Source: a virus
Taxonomy: Duplodnaviria; Heunggongvirae; Uroviricota; Caudoviricetes
Direction: 5' to 3' (one strand)
DNA length: 64,000 nucleotides
Virus record (IMG/VR): IMGVR_UViG_3300029705_006930
Shown: in pieces, positions 16,505-25,590 of the stretch
Numbering within the stretch: the stretch's first letter is position 1
Layout: each line of letters starts with the position of its first letter
Notes under the pieces: model-generated
Seen by the model: the letters and a program-made list of their open reading frames with translations, nothing else
Database searches by the model: none
Told to the model about the DNA's origin: nothing
Position numbers and translations under genes: made by a program

Positions 16505-17860
16505 ATGGTTTATATCACATATCCAGCACCTAACAAATTTCATCAGATTACATTTGAAGAAATGATGTCGGGCAATGTTAATACAGATAAATTAAGAATT
16601 TTAGGCGGACATAATACGCTTACTTTGCATCTTAACGATGTACCTGCAAACTTAAAAGGTCAGACTTCTGTACGCAAAATGATTGCAGATTTGCAGTATT
16701 TTGTAGGTGTATATTATGACACACTGATGCCACAGATAAAAGAATTTGAGAAGCTTTCAGATGCTCAGCGTCGCAGCGTCAAACAGCGTGACAAGATTGA
16801 AAATTATTTTGAACAGATGGGCGCAACTGCAAATGATGAAGACTTGCAGAAAATCACTGAACAGGTAGATGCGCTGCAGTGTGAAGTTGCAGAACAGCAG
16901 TATAAATATGCTTACTATACATTCGATTTGCGCAAAAGTTCAGCGCCGGAACACATTCCATTGTGGCGACTGCCAAAAGAATACAGACGTACAATCAATG
17001 CTCCGAACATACATCTTAAAAATGCGCTATATGAACTTAAAGAACTGTTTGAAAATATGATGATACGTACATATCATACTGCATCATTTGCGTATGTTAA
17101 ACATCGTGGAACTTTGGATGCTGTAAAACGTCATCAGAGCTGGGAAAGCAAATGGTTTGCAAAGTTTGACTTTTCAGATTTCTTTGGTAGCACAACAATT
17201 GACTTTGTTATGCAACAGTTCTCTCAAATATATCCGTTTAATATGATTTGTGCATATAAAGATGGTAAAGAAGCTCTTTATAAAGCATTGCAGTTGTGTT
17301 TTTTGGACGGTGGACTTCCACAGGGCACACCTATTAGTCCTCTCATCACAAACATAATGATGATACCATTTGACCACGCAATGTCAAAAGCTCTTAAAGA
17401 ATTTAAATATCCAAACAAACACGGTAGTGAACGTTTTGTGTATACAAGATATGCTGATGACCTGCTTATCAGTTGCCGTGTGGATTTTAAAGTGGAAATT
17501 ATTCAGGCATTTATTCTGGAAACTTTAAAATCAATGAATGCGCCTTTTAGCCTTAACGTTAAGAAAACTCGTTACGGTTCTAGTGCAGGTAGCAACTGGA
17601 ATCTTGGGGTGATGCTTAACAAAGACAATAAAATTACAATCGGTGCAGAAAACAAGCGCAGACTTAAAGCTTCTTTGAATTCATTTATCCTTGATATGAA
17701 GAATGAAAAACCTTGGGATATTTCTATGGTGTATAGACTCAGAGGTCAGATTTCTTATTATCGTAATGTGGAAAGGGAAGCAACAAATAACATCATTGCA
17801 GCGATGAACACAAAATATGGTGTTGATGCAGAAGCAATGATGAAATCTATTATAAGTTAA
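16505..17860 (+). CDS. reverse transcriptase, retron/UG(DRT)/Abi-like, with about 190-aa N-terminal extension
   Basis: KFDFSDFF, LPQGTPISPLITN, YTRYADDLLIS, KKTRYG, LGVML and a thumb-like RLRGQISYYRNV occur in order. GGGAGGA SD. Confidence 0.85.
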   Translation: MVYITYPAPNKFHQITFEEMMSGNVNTDKLRILGGHNTLTLHLNDVPANLKGQTSVRKMIADLQYFVGVYYDTLMPQIKEFEKLSDAQRRSVKQRDKIENYFEQMGATANDEDLQKITEQVDALQCEVAEQQYKYAYYTFDLRKSSAPEHIPLWRLPKEYRRTINAPNIHLKNALYELKELFENMMIRTYHTASFAYVKHRGTLDAVKRHQSWESKWFAKFDFSDFFGSTTIDFVMQQFSQIYPFNMICAYKDGKEALYKALQLCFLDGGLPQGTPISPLITNIMMIPFDHAMSKALKEFKYPNKHGSERFVYTRYADDLLISCRVDFKVEIIQAFILETLKSMNAPFSLNVKKTRYGSSAGSNWNLGVMLNKDNKITIGAENKRRLKASLNSFILDMKNEKPWDISMVYRLRGQISYYRNVEREATNNIIAAMNTKYGVDAEAMMKSIIS

Positions 17861-17879
17861 TTTAATTTTTATATATTGA

Positions 17880-18790
17880 ATATCACAGTCATTGTGAAGT
17901 GTTGATGTTATCGGCACTAACGAAATGGTAAGAAAGTATGGCAGGAAGGCCCGCAGGTTCATGATGAAGACGCGTGCGAGCTTACAGCTCCAGCATAAAA
18001 ATTAGAAATGCTGGTACAATGAAAAGGAAGAAAATCATGAACGAAAGCCATACTTTCCAACATCCACAAAACCACGAATTTAAAACGCTTCATTACTCCG
18101 CGACCCTCCGCCAGGAGGGCCCGGGCGCGGTAAAGCGTCAAATAAATAATTGAGAATATATAAAAAAACTTTATTGAATATCTTTAAATTTGTACATAAA
18201 TTTAAGAACTGTTGCTGTTAGCAGCAGTGTCAAACGAACAGGATAAATAAAGAAATACAAATTTCTTTATTTAAATAACTTCTTAGCGTCGTAAGGCGCG
18301 ATGCTCCGACATCGCTCATGACGACGCCAAAGTTATTGAGAATAAAGTTAAAAAAATAATAAGAAAAATAAACAGTGTATATTTGCATAGCAAAGCTATT
18401 GATGTAATCAGTAGTACAGAAATGGTAGGAAAGATTACACGGGACGGTGTCGCCGGTGAGGAGCCACCTCCTTTGCAAACCCCTGCAATATTTCTAAAAC
18501 CTAATTAAAACTATGTCCGAATGGTCAAACATAACAGGAGGACTGAGAAACATCACCTGAAGGATACCAACTGAACCCCCAGTTCAGATGACACGACAGC
18601 TGGAGAAATCTAGACCCATGGGATGGTGATTCAACATTAAATTACAATTCAGACTGTTTATTGCTTTATAGTTTTTGCCAAGCTACGAAAACTCCAAATA
18701 ATGAGTAGTGTGTGACATAAAAGCCAAGCCTCGTCAACTCCCTTTCGGGGCTTGGTAAAGACTATAAAACAAACAATTTAAGTAAAGGAG
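17880..18790 (+). ncRNA. about 0.9 kb structured non-coding region downstream of the RT (modules B, D, C plus long hairpins)
   Basis: Module hairpins at 17899-917, 18209-27 and 18396-414. Long hairpins at 18086-18138, 18245-72 and 18273-18335. No convincing ORF. Confidence 0.5.
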
Positions 18791-18797
18791 AATATAT

Positions 18798-19187
18798 ATG
18801 ACAAAAGCAGAAAAAGCAGCTGGCAGGCTGTTAAGAAGAATGAATAAAGAATACTTGGGTGAGGTAGAAGCATTGATAAAAATGTGTCGACAGCCTAAAG
18901 TTGACCTTTCTGAAATCAGTATTCAGTCCTACAAAGTAACAGTTTTGGCAGAGCTCAAAGACGAATTTTTTGCAATCAAAATGACAGAAGATGAAATGGA
19001 GTATATTTATGACCTCTATGCTTGTCTTGATGCTCCTTTGAATTATTTGTGGGAATGTTGGCGTGATGATGAAGGCTATAACATTTCTGACTCCATTGGT
19101 GATTTAGTTTCTGATATTATAAGCCAGGATATCGAATGTATTTCAGAAGATAACTTAATCGAGGTGAATATGGATGAGACTGAATGA
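18798..19187 (+). CDS. hypothetical protein
   Basis: AAAGGAG SD. Confidence 0.65.
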   Translation: MTKAEKAAGRLLRRMNKEYLGEVEALIKMCRQPKVDLSEISIQSYKVTVLAELKDEFFAIKMTEDEMEYIYDLYACLDAPLNYLWECWRDDEGYNISDSIGDLVSDIISQDIECISEDNLIEVNMDETE

Positions 19188-19416
19188 TAAACTCACAATT
19201 TATTTAGACAATGGCAATAAATTGGTTGCTGAATTATATAATCATGCAGGTATAGAAAAAGAAATCTCCGTACATATTGAAAACGCTTCAGGTGTATGTA
19301 TTCAAGATATTTGCACCGTAAAAGCAGTAGAAGAAATTGAATGTTTAGTATGGGGAGATGAAAATTCTGAAGATTATACAGACGAGTTCTATATACCGCT
19401 TTATAAGGAGGTCTAG
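19174..19416 (+). CDS. hypothetical protein
   Basis: GAGGTG SD 7 nt upstream. Confidence 0.6.
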   Translation: MRLNDKLTIYLDNGNKLVAELYNHAGIEKEISVHIENASGVCIQDICTVKAVEEIECLVWGDENSEDYTDEFYIPLYKEV

Positions 19417-19418
19417 CT

Positions 19419-19832
19419 ATGATTTCAGATGAATATAGGCGTAGAACAACAGCCGAATTGCTAAATATGGCATCATCAGTGTGGAACAATATGGACACAT
19501 TTTTAAAAACAGTAGATGATTTTCAATATGATTGGATGAAAAATACGCAAATAAATGTATTTGCGCTTGAATTTATGGAACCAATCATGGTTTATGACGG
19601 TTTTTGTATTATGCGTGATAGAACCTATCGCGATTATTATTACATAAGCGAAGATAAAATCGTTAAAGTTATTCCTGAACATATTTTGGCATCAGCTCCA
19701 GATACCGAATACTATGATGAAAATAATAAATTGATTGATACTGAACAGTTGTTGCAGCTACACGACAGTGATGTTTGTGGTGAGACAGATGATTGCCAGT
19801 ATTATGTATGGTTCAGTGAGGTATCACAATGA
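19419..19832 (+). CDS. hypothetical protein
   Basis: AAGGAGG SD. Confidence 0.65.
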   Translation: MISDEYRRRTTAELLNMASSVWNNMDTFLKTVDDFQYDWMKNTQINVFALEFMEPIMVYDGFCIMRDRTYRDYYYISEDKIVKVIPEHILASAPDTEYYDENNKLIDTEQLLQLHDSDVCGETDDCQYYVWFSEVSQ

Positions 19833-19930
19833 GTACAACTAATGTAATTGCTGGACTGGTCGCAGTCGGACTGGTCTTGTTTCAAAGTATGAAAAGTATT
19901 GCGGAGGATGAAGAAAATGAAGAAAATTAA
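19829..19930 (+). CDS. 33-aa single-pass membrane peptide
   Basis: ATGA overlap with the previous stop. Hydrophobic core VIAGLVAVGLVLF. Confidence 0.4.
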   Translation: MSTTNVIAGLVAVGLVLFQSMKSIAEDEENEEN

Positions 19931-20294
19931 TTATGATGTTGCATTGCAGATGCGTAATGAAGGCATAACATATGCTGCAATTGCAGAGATGTTTGGAGTA
20001 TCAAAACAGGCCGTACAGCAATTATTGTCAAGGTCTAAGTTTGACCCAAATGATATGCATTCACGCCACAGAAAAGAATTGTTTGAAAGATGTGTTTTCC
20101 CCGGGTTGGCCAGTGCTATAAAAGAACGCTTTCCCAGTATTTCTGATTTTAGCCGTGCATCCGGCATTCCATATACAACTTTATACTATATTTTTATAGG
20201 CAATGTTGAACCGCGTACTTCAACAATCAATGCATTGTGTCAATATTTGGGAAAAACATATGAAGAACTTTTTACAAAGGAAGTGAATGTATGA
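19917..20294 (+). CDS. DNA-binding protein with two HTH motifs
   Basis: GITYAAIAEMFGVSKQAVQQLL and a C-terminal XRE-like STINALCQYLGKTYEELF. ATG lies 9 nt after GGAGG. Confidence 0.6.
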   Translation: MKKINYDVALQMRNEGITYAAIAEMFGVSKQAVQQLLSRSKFDPNDMHSRHRKELFERCVFPGLASAIKERFPSISDFSRASGIPYTTLYYIFIGNVEPRTSTINALCQYLGKTYEELFTKEVNV

Positions 20295-20626
20295 GGTTGA
20301 CAGAACAGACCCCAATAGAAGTTGCGCAGGCATTAAAAAATGCAGACATATCAATTATATATGGTTTAGCGGACGGTATTATGGCAGAAGCAGCTCGCGA
20401 ATATCGTAAAGCGCGAATAATAGTAGAGAGTAAGGCTGTTGTACTTGACAGTGAATTAAAGCGAGCAAAGAAAAAAATTGCAGCTCTGGACAGGTTTTTC
20501 AATTCAAATCGAGCAGTTGTTCTGTGTCGTGAAGAAAAAACCAGGGATTATATTGTATCAAAACTGAGGGCAGAAACGGTTTCAGAGATGCGTGAAAACT
20601 TATATACATATAAAAATAACAATTAA
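20291..20626 (+). CDS. hypothetical protein, distant paralog of 10088-10339
   Basis: ATGA overlap. Shared motifs as listed for 10088-10339. Confidence 0.6.
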   Translation: MRLTEQTPIEVAQALKNADISIIYGLADGIMAEAAREYRKARIIVESKAVVLDSELKRAKKKIAALDRFFNSNRAVVLCREEKTRDYIVSKLRAETVSEMRENLYTYKNNN

Positions 20627-20643
20627 AAAATTAGGAGGACAGT

Positions 20644-20883
20644 ATGGACGGATTAGTTAATATTATGCAAACAGACCTTGAACAGATTCCAACAGGAACA
20701 CTTATTGCATTTGGAAAAGAGTGCTGGAACAAGCGTTACTGTTCAAACTGTCCTCTTGATAAGTATTGCAGAGTCACCAACTGCGTAATGTTTCAGGATT
20801 CCTTTATGGGGTGTGATGATGTGTTGCGTATTGAATTGGCTAACAGACTTGAAAAATATCTTGGAAAGGAGACAAACATATGA
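20644..20883 (+). CDS. hypothetical Cys-rich protein
   Basis: AGGAGG SD. CWNKRYCSNCPLDKYCRVTNC. Confidence 0.6.
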   Translation: MDGLVNIMQTDLEQIPTGTLIAFGKECWNKRYCSNCPLDKYCRVTNCVMFQDSFMGCDDVLRIELANRLEKYLGKETNI

Positions 20884-21314
20884 GATACGAAGAGTGGAAC
20901 AATAAAAAGCAGAAAGCATTTGATGCACTTCCGATTAAATTTGCATTCAGTGAAGAACAGTTTGACCGTGTGTTGAGCGAGTTCGGATTGACAAGAGATA
21001 ATTGTGCTGAATATTTGGCTCGCATTACAGGTAATGGCTTTATGCTTAAAAAAGATGTGCATTTGCTGGGCGAAGTTAGTCAGCAGTATGAAGAAGAACT
21101 TAAAGAATTATTGAAGGATGATGTTTTCGTAGTTGATATGTTCGTCTACGAAATGAAAAATCACGAATATCAGTATACAGAAGAAGATGAGGAAATCACA
21201 GATGCGTGTGGAATAGGCTATGAGCAGTTTAAAGCAGATAAGCGTTTGCGGAAGTTGTTTGCAGAAGCTCGTACACAGTTTTGGAAATTCTGTGCTGATA
21301 ATGATTGGTTTTAA
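20880..21314 (+). CDS. hypothetical protein
   Basis: ATGA overlap. Confidence 0.65.
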   Translation: MRYEEWNNKKQKAFDALPIKFAFSEEQFDRVLSEFGLTRDNCAEYLARITGNGFMLKKDVHLLGEVSQQYEEELKELLKDDVFVVDMFVYEMKNHEYQYTEEDEEITDACGIGYEQFKADKRLRKLFAEARTQFWKFCADNDWF

Positions 21315-21326
21315 GGAGGACAGGCT

Positions 21327-21506
21327 ATGTACGATAAATATGTTGTTAAATATGTTGTAACAACTTTTGATAAAGAGGGCCAGGAATTATTTGAAAGATA
21401 TCATACAAATGAAGAGACTGCTGTTAAAGAAGCTAAGGCTGCTTTAGCATTAGGTCTTAGAGCTAAAATTATTCAGCATAGTGAACTGACTGGTTGGGAG
21501 GAATGA
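21327..21506 (+). CDS. hypothetical 59-aa protein (not in ORF track)
   Basis: AAGGAGG SD 7 nt upstream of ATG 21327. Confidence 0.5.
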   Translation: MYDKYVVKYVVTTFDKEGQELFERYHTNEETAVKEAKAALALGLRAKIIQHSELTGWEE

Positions 21507-21703
21507 ATGTGAAGTATTTAATTACAGCCATGTATAACGGTCATGAAGTATTTTCGGCAGACCTCACATTTGTTCCACGTCAACATGAACAGTTGAAAAT
21601 TGGAAGAAATTTGTTTGTTATAAGACATGTTCGTTATCACATAGAAGAAGGAACATCATTGTCAACAATGGCCGTAACTTTATATTTAGAGAAGGTTGCA
21701 TAG
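21503..21703 (+). CDS. hypothetical protein (start uncertain, ATG 21503 or GTG 21509)
   Basis: GGGAGG SD. Overlaps the previous stop. Confidence 0.5.
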   Translation: MNVKYLITAMYNGHEVFSADLTFVPRQHEQLKIGRNLFVIRHVRYHIEEGTSLSTMAVTLYLEKVA

Positions 21704-21715
21704 GGAGAATCATAT

Positions 21716-21895
21716 ATGAAATACGGAATATATACTGAAAATGGCTCAGGCCAAGAATTTTCTACAAAGGAAGCCATTCTTAAAGAAATTAGTCTTATGA
21801 TTGATGACTGTATCACAAACGGTGGTACACAGTTTGATATTGAGGTGTATGCTAATGCTTCATGTTTCAATACAGATGAGGAGGAAGAACAATGA
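21716..21895 (+). CDS. hypothetical 59-aa acidic protein (not in ORF track)
   Basis: GGGAGAA SD. ATGA overlap with the next gene. Confidence 0.5.
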   Translation: MKYGIYTENGSGQEFSTKEAILKEISLMIDDCITNGGTQFDIEVYANASCFNTDEEEEQ

Positions 21896-22242
21896 AATTT
21901 TATTTTGACGTAAAAGAAACACACACAAAAACAATTGCTATTGAAGCAGACAATCTTGCTGATGCAGAGAAACGAGTGCGCAATGCATATCAGTATAGAG
22001 AATTTGAAATTGATTATGACATAGCTGATGATGTACAGTTCATTTGTGTTGAAGAGGATGATATTTTCGAGGAAGAAAATGTTGAACACTTTGATTGTCA
22101 CAACGTCATTTATGACGAAGATGATGATTCTTATGTGTGTCCTATTTGCAGCACATATATTTGCTGCGGAGATACTATCAAAGATATGGACTGTTCATTA
22201 CCAAGCTATTGCGATACTTGCGGTGCTAAACTGCATTATTAA
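21892..22242 (+). CDS. hypothetical protein with C-terminal zinc-ribbon
   Basis: CPICSTYICCG...CDTCGAKL. Confidence 0.6.
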   Translation: MKFYFDVKETHTKTIAIEADNLADAEKRVRNAYQYREFEIDYDIADDVQFICVEEDDIFEEENVEHFDCHNVIYDEDDDSYVCPICSTYICCGDTIKDMDCSLPSYCDTCGAKLHY

Positions 22243-22268
22243 CATCTATGTCTGGACGGAGGTTTATT

Positions 22269-22457
22269 ATGAATAAAATCATTATTATCGAAGTTACAGA
22301 ACAACCTGATGAACAAAAATACTGGAGTTATCCTTTGGAAGAAATTCCATATTTAATGGCCGAAATTAAAAACGGAGATAGAGATAATAATTATATTTTC
22401 CACCTGTATGAAGGCAGACTTTATGAAACAGAGGAAACACATATAGGGTGGCCTTGA
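22269..22457 (+). CDS. hypothetical protein
   Basis: ATG 22269 after GGACGGAGG. Confidence 0.55.
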   Translation: MNKIIIIEVTEQPDEQKYWSYPLEEIPYLMAEIKNGDRDNNYIFHLYEGRLYETEETHIGWP

Positions 22458-22487
22458 TATAAAAATGTAATTTTATGAGGTGGTAAT

Positions 22488-22772
22488 ATGAACGAAGAAA
22501 TTAAGCAATACACTATTGAAGATGCCTATACTGATAATACTGAAATAAAAATGTATGAAAAAGGTAAGTTGGTTGATAGAAAGATTATTTCTAATTGGAA
22601 ATTATATGCTTATCTCGAAAGGTTGATAGATGAAGGTTATCAGCAAGCATATGATGTAAAAAAATATGAAAAAGCCGTTCAGAAAGCGAAAGAATCTCTT
22701 ATGCAAGCTGAACTGGAACTTGAAATGGCAAGAGCTAATAAATTATATAGTGAAGAAGAATTGGCTGAATAA
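22488..22772 (+). CDS. hypothetical protein
   Basis: GAGGTGG SD. Confidence 0.6.
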   Translation: MNEEIKQYTIEDAYTDNTEIKMYEKGKLVDRKIISNWKLYAYLERLIDEGYQQAYDVKKYEKAVQKAKESLMQAELELEMARANKLYSEEELAE

Positions 22773-22798
22773 ATGATAACTTTTACAGGTACAGATAT

Positions 22799-23164
22799 AT
22801 GAAAATTTATTTTGAAGATGGCGAATTAAAACATCATACACAAATTCCGTTTGAAGTGGATGTGGTAGTGCAAGCAAGTCGTGGTGTAACACAGAACATA
22901 AAAATGTTGGATGCGTTTGCTGAACATTCGTATGACGCAACGGTTTATACCAATTCAATTTTTGCATTTAATAATATATATGCTTGGAATGAAGAACTTG
23001 GAGTGCCGGAAATTTATATTCGTGAAGCTGACAATATGGTATTTACACGTATTGATAGATTAACCAATAGAAAGCTTAAACAAGGACATAATCTTGCAAA
23101 AATGTATGTTGCAGGAGAATTTGATAATGGTGTTGTAGATAAATTTAATCATATAAAAGAGTGA
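22799..23164 (+). CDS. hypothetical protein
   Basis: ORF track. Weak SD. Confidence 0.55.
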   Translation: MKIYFEDGELKHHTQIPFEVDVVVQASRGVTQNIKMLDAFAEHSYDATVYTNSIFAFNNIYAWNEELGVPEIYIREADNMVFTRIDRLTNRKLKQGHNLAKMYVAGEFDNGVVDKFNHIKE

Positions 23165-23206
23165 ATTTAAGAGGATATTAGAAAAAATATGTAGGGAGGA
23201 TTAATT

Positions 23207-23395
23207 ATGTCGCTTACTGAAATGAAAAGAGAAATCCTATTTAAATATCATAAAGATATAAATTACTGGTGGAAGTTGCTTGGCGAAATGTTTGAAGGGA
23301 CTGATGGGTTTACAAAAGAATATACAATTAAACGCACCCTTGATGGTTCAACTTGTCACATAACATGGAATAATTATAGCTGGACTATTGAATAA
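23207..23395 (+). CDS. hypothetical protein
   Basis: GGGAGG SD. Confidence 0.55.
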   Translation: MSLTEMKREILFKYHKDINYWWKLLGEMFEGTDGFTKEYTIKRTLDGSTCHITWNNYSWTIE

Positions 23396-23422
23396 ACAAG
23401 TGATAGTTGATGAGGTGATATT

Positions 23423-23593
23423 ATGGGCATACAGAAAAAATATCGTATGTATTACGCAAATATAAATAATGGTCGAGAATTTTACATTGAAGTAAATAAC
23501 TCTGCCGATATTCAAAAAGCTTTGAATAAAAGACCAGAGTATCTTGCTGACCCGGACAGCTGGGAATGCATTGACCAGGAAGAAATAAAATAA
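23423..23593 (+). CDS. hypothetical 56-aa protein (not in ORF track)
   Basis: GAGGTG SD 5 nt upstream. Confidence 0.5.
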   Translation: MGIQKKYRMYYANINNGREFYIEVNNSADIQKALNKRPEYLADPDSWECIDQEEIK

Positions 23594-23647
23594 CTGAGGT
23601 TTTTATGTTCAGTACAGATATCATATTGCAATGAAGTAGGTGATTTT

Positions 23648-24100
23648 ATGGATTATTACAAACAGATTACATTTGATGAATTTAATCGTCTTAAAGAAGG
23701 CGATGTTGTCTATGTCAAATGCGGTAATCAATTTTTCAAAAGCAAAATAGTCAGCGAACCATTTTTTAACTTTGGTACAGAAGAACCAGATTGGGAAGTA
23801 GAAACTACAAATGGTTTTTGTGACCAATACAGCTTGTACAACCCTTGTACATATACCATTTACACCCGCGACGAAGCAGCGCGTATTGTCGAACTTTTTG
23901 ATAATATTCTCTGTGAACATAACATCAAAGTTCCAAGCCCTGAAGATGCTGAACGTGAACCGGACAACAATGCTGCACTTTACGGCACAGTATACAGCGC
24001 CCTGCTGGATGATGTCGAACTTGCTCTAACCGAGATTATCTCACAGGCAAGGCGTGATGATGTCGGTGTTATTCCACACGAGTTTTCAGGAGATTTTTAA
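23648..24100 (+). CDS. hypothetical protein
   Basis: AGGTGA SD. Confidence 0.65.
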   Translation: MDYYKQITFDEFNRLKEGDVVYVKCGNQFFKSKIVSEPFFNFGTEEPDWEVETTNGFCDQYSLYNPCTYTIYTRDEAARIVELFDNILCEHNIKVPSPEDAEREPDNNAALYGTVYSALLDDVELALTEIISQARRDDVGVIPHEFSGDF

Positions 24101-24114
24101 ACAAGGAGACAATA

Positions 24115-24222
24115 ATGACAAAAATCATCATAACAGGTGTTGCAATTTTTATCATTGGTATTCTGATTGGTGCCTACGCAACAGTTAAAGCAGTGAATCA
24201 AATACACTTGGAGGACAGGTAA
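24115..24222 (+). CDS. 35-aa membrane peptide (not in ORF track)
   Basis: AAGGAG SD. Hydrophobic ITGVAIFIIGILIGAY. Confidence 0.45.
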   Translation: MTKIIITGVAIFIIGILIGAYATVKAVNQIHLEDR

Positions 24223-24224
24223 TT

Positions 24225-24536
24225 ATGAAGATATGGGTTGATGATATAAGACCTGCCCCAGAAGGATATGTATGGTGCAAAAGTGTAAACGAAGCAAAGA
24301 TAGTTATAAAACATCCTGACTTATACGCAACTAGAAGACAAAGGAATATTGAAGTTATAGATACAGACCATGACGCTGGGGCATATGCTTATGACGGAGG
24401 AGACTACATTAAACTTTTAGATTGGTTAGAGGAAACAAATAGGAATTATCCAATCAGAATTCACAGTATGAATCCTGTCGGAGTTGCAAATATGAGAGCC
24501 ATTATTCAGAAAAATGGTTGGAAGGAGATTTTATAA
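24225..24536 (+). CDS. hypothetical protein, possibly a receiver-fold (cREC-like) domain
   Basis: The pattern IWVDD...IDTDHD...IHSMNP recalls small receiver-like phage domains. Weak call. Confidence 0.55.
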   Translation: MKIWVDDIRPAPEGYVWCKSVNEAKIVIKHPDLYATRRQRNIEVIDTDHDAGAYAYDGGDYIKLLDWLEETNRNYPIRIHSMNPVGVANMRAIIQKNGWKEIL

Positions 24537-24871
24537 TGTTACAAGCCAAAGAAATCTATGAAAATGCCTTAGCCCTTAATCCGAAATCAAATCCTGATAA
24601 ACCATATAAAGAGAGTTATGTCGTTGATATGATAAATCAGGTTTTAGAACAATCACAGAGATACAATCAGCGTATAAGGACACTAAAGAGAAAAGATGAA
24701 CAACCGGGCGTGCCATATATTAAAGGCATACATAACGAGATTGATTTTGAAATCGAATTTTATGCCCCATTGAGTTATGGTCTAGCAGCATTGATTGCAG
24801 AAGACCTTGGCGATACGCGTCTTGGGCTATTGTATCAAAAACAATTTATGACTTTGCTTACGATGTTTTAA
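24536..24871 (+). CDS. hypothetical protein
   Basis: ATG 24536 after GGAAGGAG. Confidence 0.6.
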   Translation: MLQAKEIYENALALNPKSNPDKPYKESYVVDMINQVLEQSQRYNQRIRTLKRKDEQPGVPYIKGIHNEIDFEIEFYAPLSYGLAALIAEDLGDTRLGLLYQKQFMTLLTMF

Positions 24872-24908
24872 AATTTGTCACACAATAAAAAATGAAAGGG
24901 AGATTTAT

Positions 24909-25262
24909 ATGCAAGAGGTTAGATTTTTACTTGATTTTTATGTGCCTTTTAACAGGTGGAAAATAGCTTTGATGAATGTTCCCGAAGAACAATATAAAAT
25001 CAATCCAGGTTTAGGAATATCTCTTACACAGTTTGCATATGATGAACACTTGTCCGAAGGTGGTAATCATTATGAATTTGCGTGTCAGGTGCCAAAGCGA
25101 TTTTATAGATTGCTTAGATTACATCCGGATTGGGAGCCTGTAGATGCTGTAGAACTTGCGAGAATGCTTGAAGGTTATATTAAAGCTGATTGGTCTATTG
25201 AATATAATCCTCCAATTATTACATATGAAACAAGCTTTGAGGAACTGATGGGAGGAGTTTAG
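24909..25262 (+). CDS. tail-family member 1 of 13
   Basis: C-terminus ITYETSFEELMGGV. N-terminus LLDFYVPF. Confidence 0.7.
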   Translation: MQEVRFLLDFYVPFNRWKIALMNVPEEQYKINPGLGISLTQFAYDEHLSEGGNHYEFACQVPKRFYRLLRLHPDWEPVDAVELARMLEGYIKADWSIEYNPPIITYETSFEELMGGV

Positions 25263-25263
25263 T

Positions 25264-25590
25264 ATGGAAGAAATGAGTTCAACCAGACTAGCCATTACTC
25301 CGCTGATTGACAAAACACGATATGGATGCGGAGTTGTAGGTGCAGGATATCCATGCGAAATTACATCAGATGCCGTTGAATTTATTAGTAGCATAGCAAC
25401 AGAAACATATACGACGGGAACAGGCCGTGTGGATTATACAATATCACATCCAGCATCCATATATAATGATGTCGTCTCTGAAGGAAGATGTTTGACACAA
25501 GCAGTGTTAGATTATATTTTTAATCATGTATTAATCCAAGGTATTGATTATGAAATGAATTTTGAAGAACTTATGAAAGGAGAGCCATAA
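25264..25590 (+). CDS. tail-family member 2
   Basis: C-terminus IDYEMNFEELMKGEP. Confidence 0.7.
   Translation: MEEMSSTRLAITPLIDKTRYGCGVVGAGYPCEITSDAVEFISSIATETYTTGTGRVDYTISHPASIYNDVVSEGRCLTQAVLDYIFNHVLIQGIDYEMNFEELMKGEP

Noticed and set aside
16294-18478. ORFs 16294-16485(+), 17959-18141(-), 18230-18478(-) and an SD-like 38-codon ORF at 18037-18153(+) in the RT flanks
   Set aside because: They coincide with the conserved hairpin modules and long GC hairpins, and the sequences are not protein-like. The 18037 ORF has a weak AAGGAAG site, so a micro-protein cannot be fully excluded.
16175-18797. Diversity-generating retroelement interpretation of the RT locus
   Set aside because: There is no long near-identical template/variable repeat pair with adenine-specific differences, and no target gene 3' end carrying a repeat copy. 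The RT has a YADD box and retron-like motifs, not the DGR-type pattern I would expect.
16175-18797. Group II intron interpretation of the RT locus
   Set aside because: The upstream flank is only 330 nt, too short for domains I-III. I could not find a domain V-like hairpin or a 5' GUGYG. The RT lacks a recognisable maturase/En C-terminus. The repeats flank the ORF rather than forming a six-domain layout.
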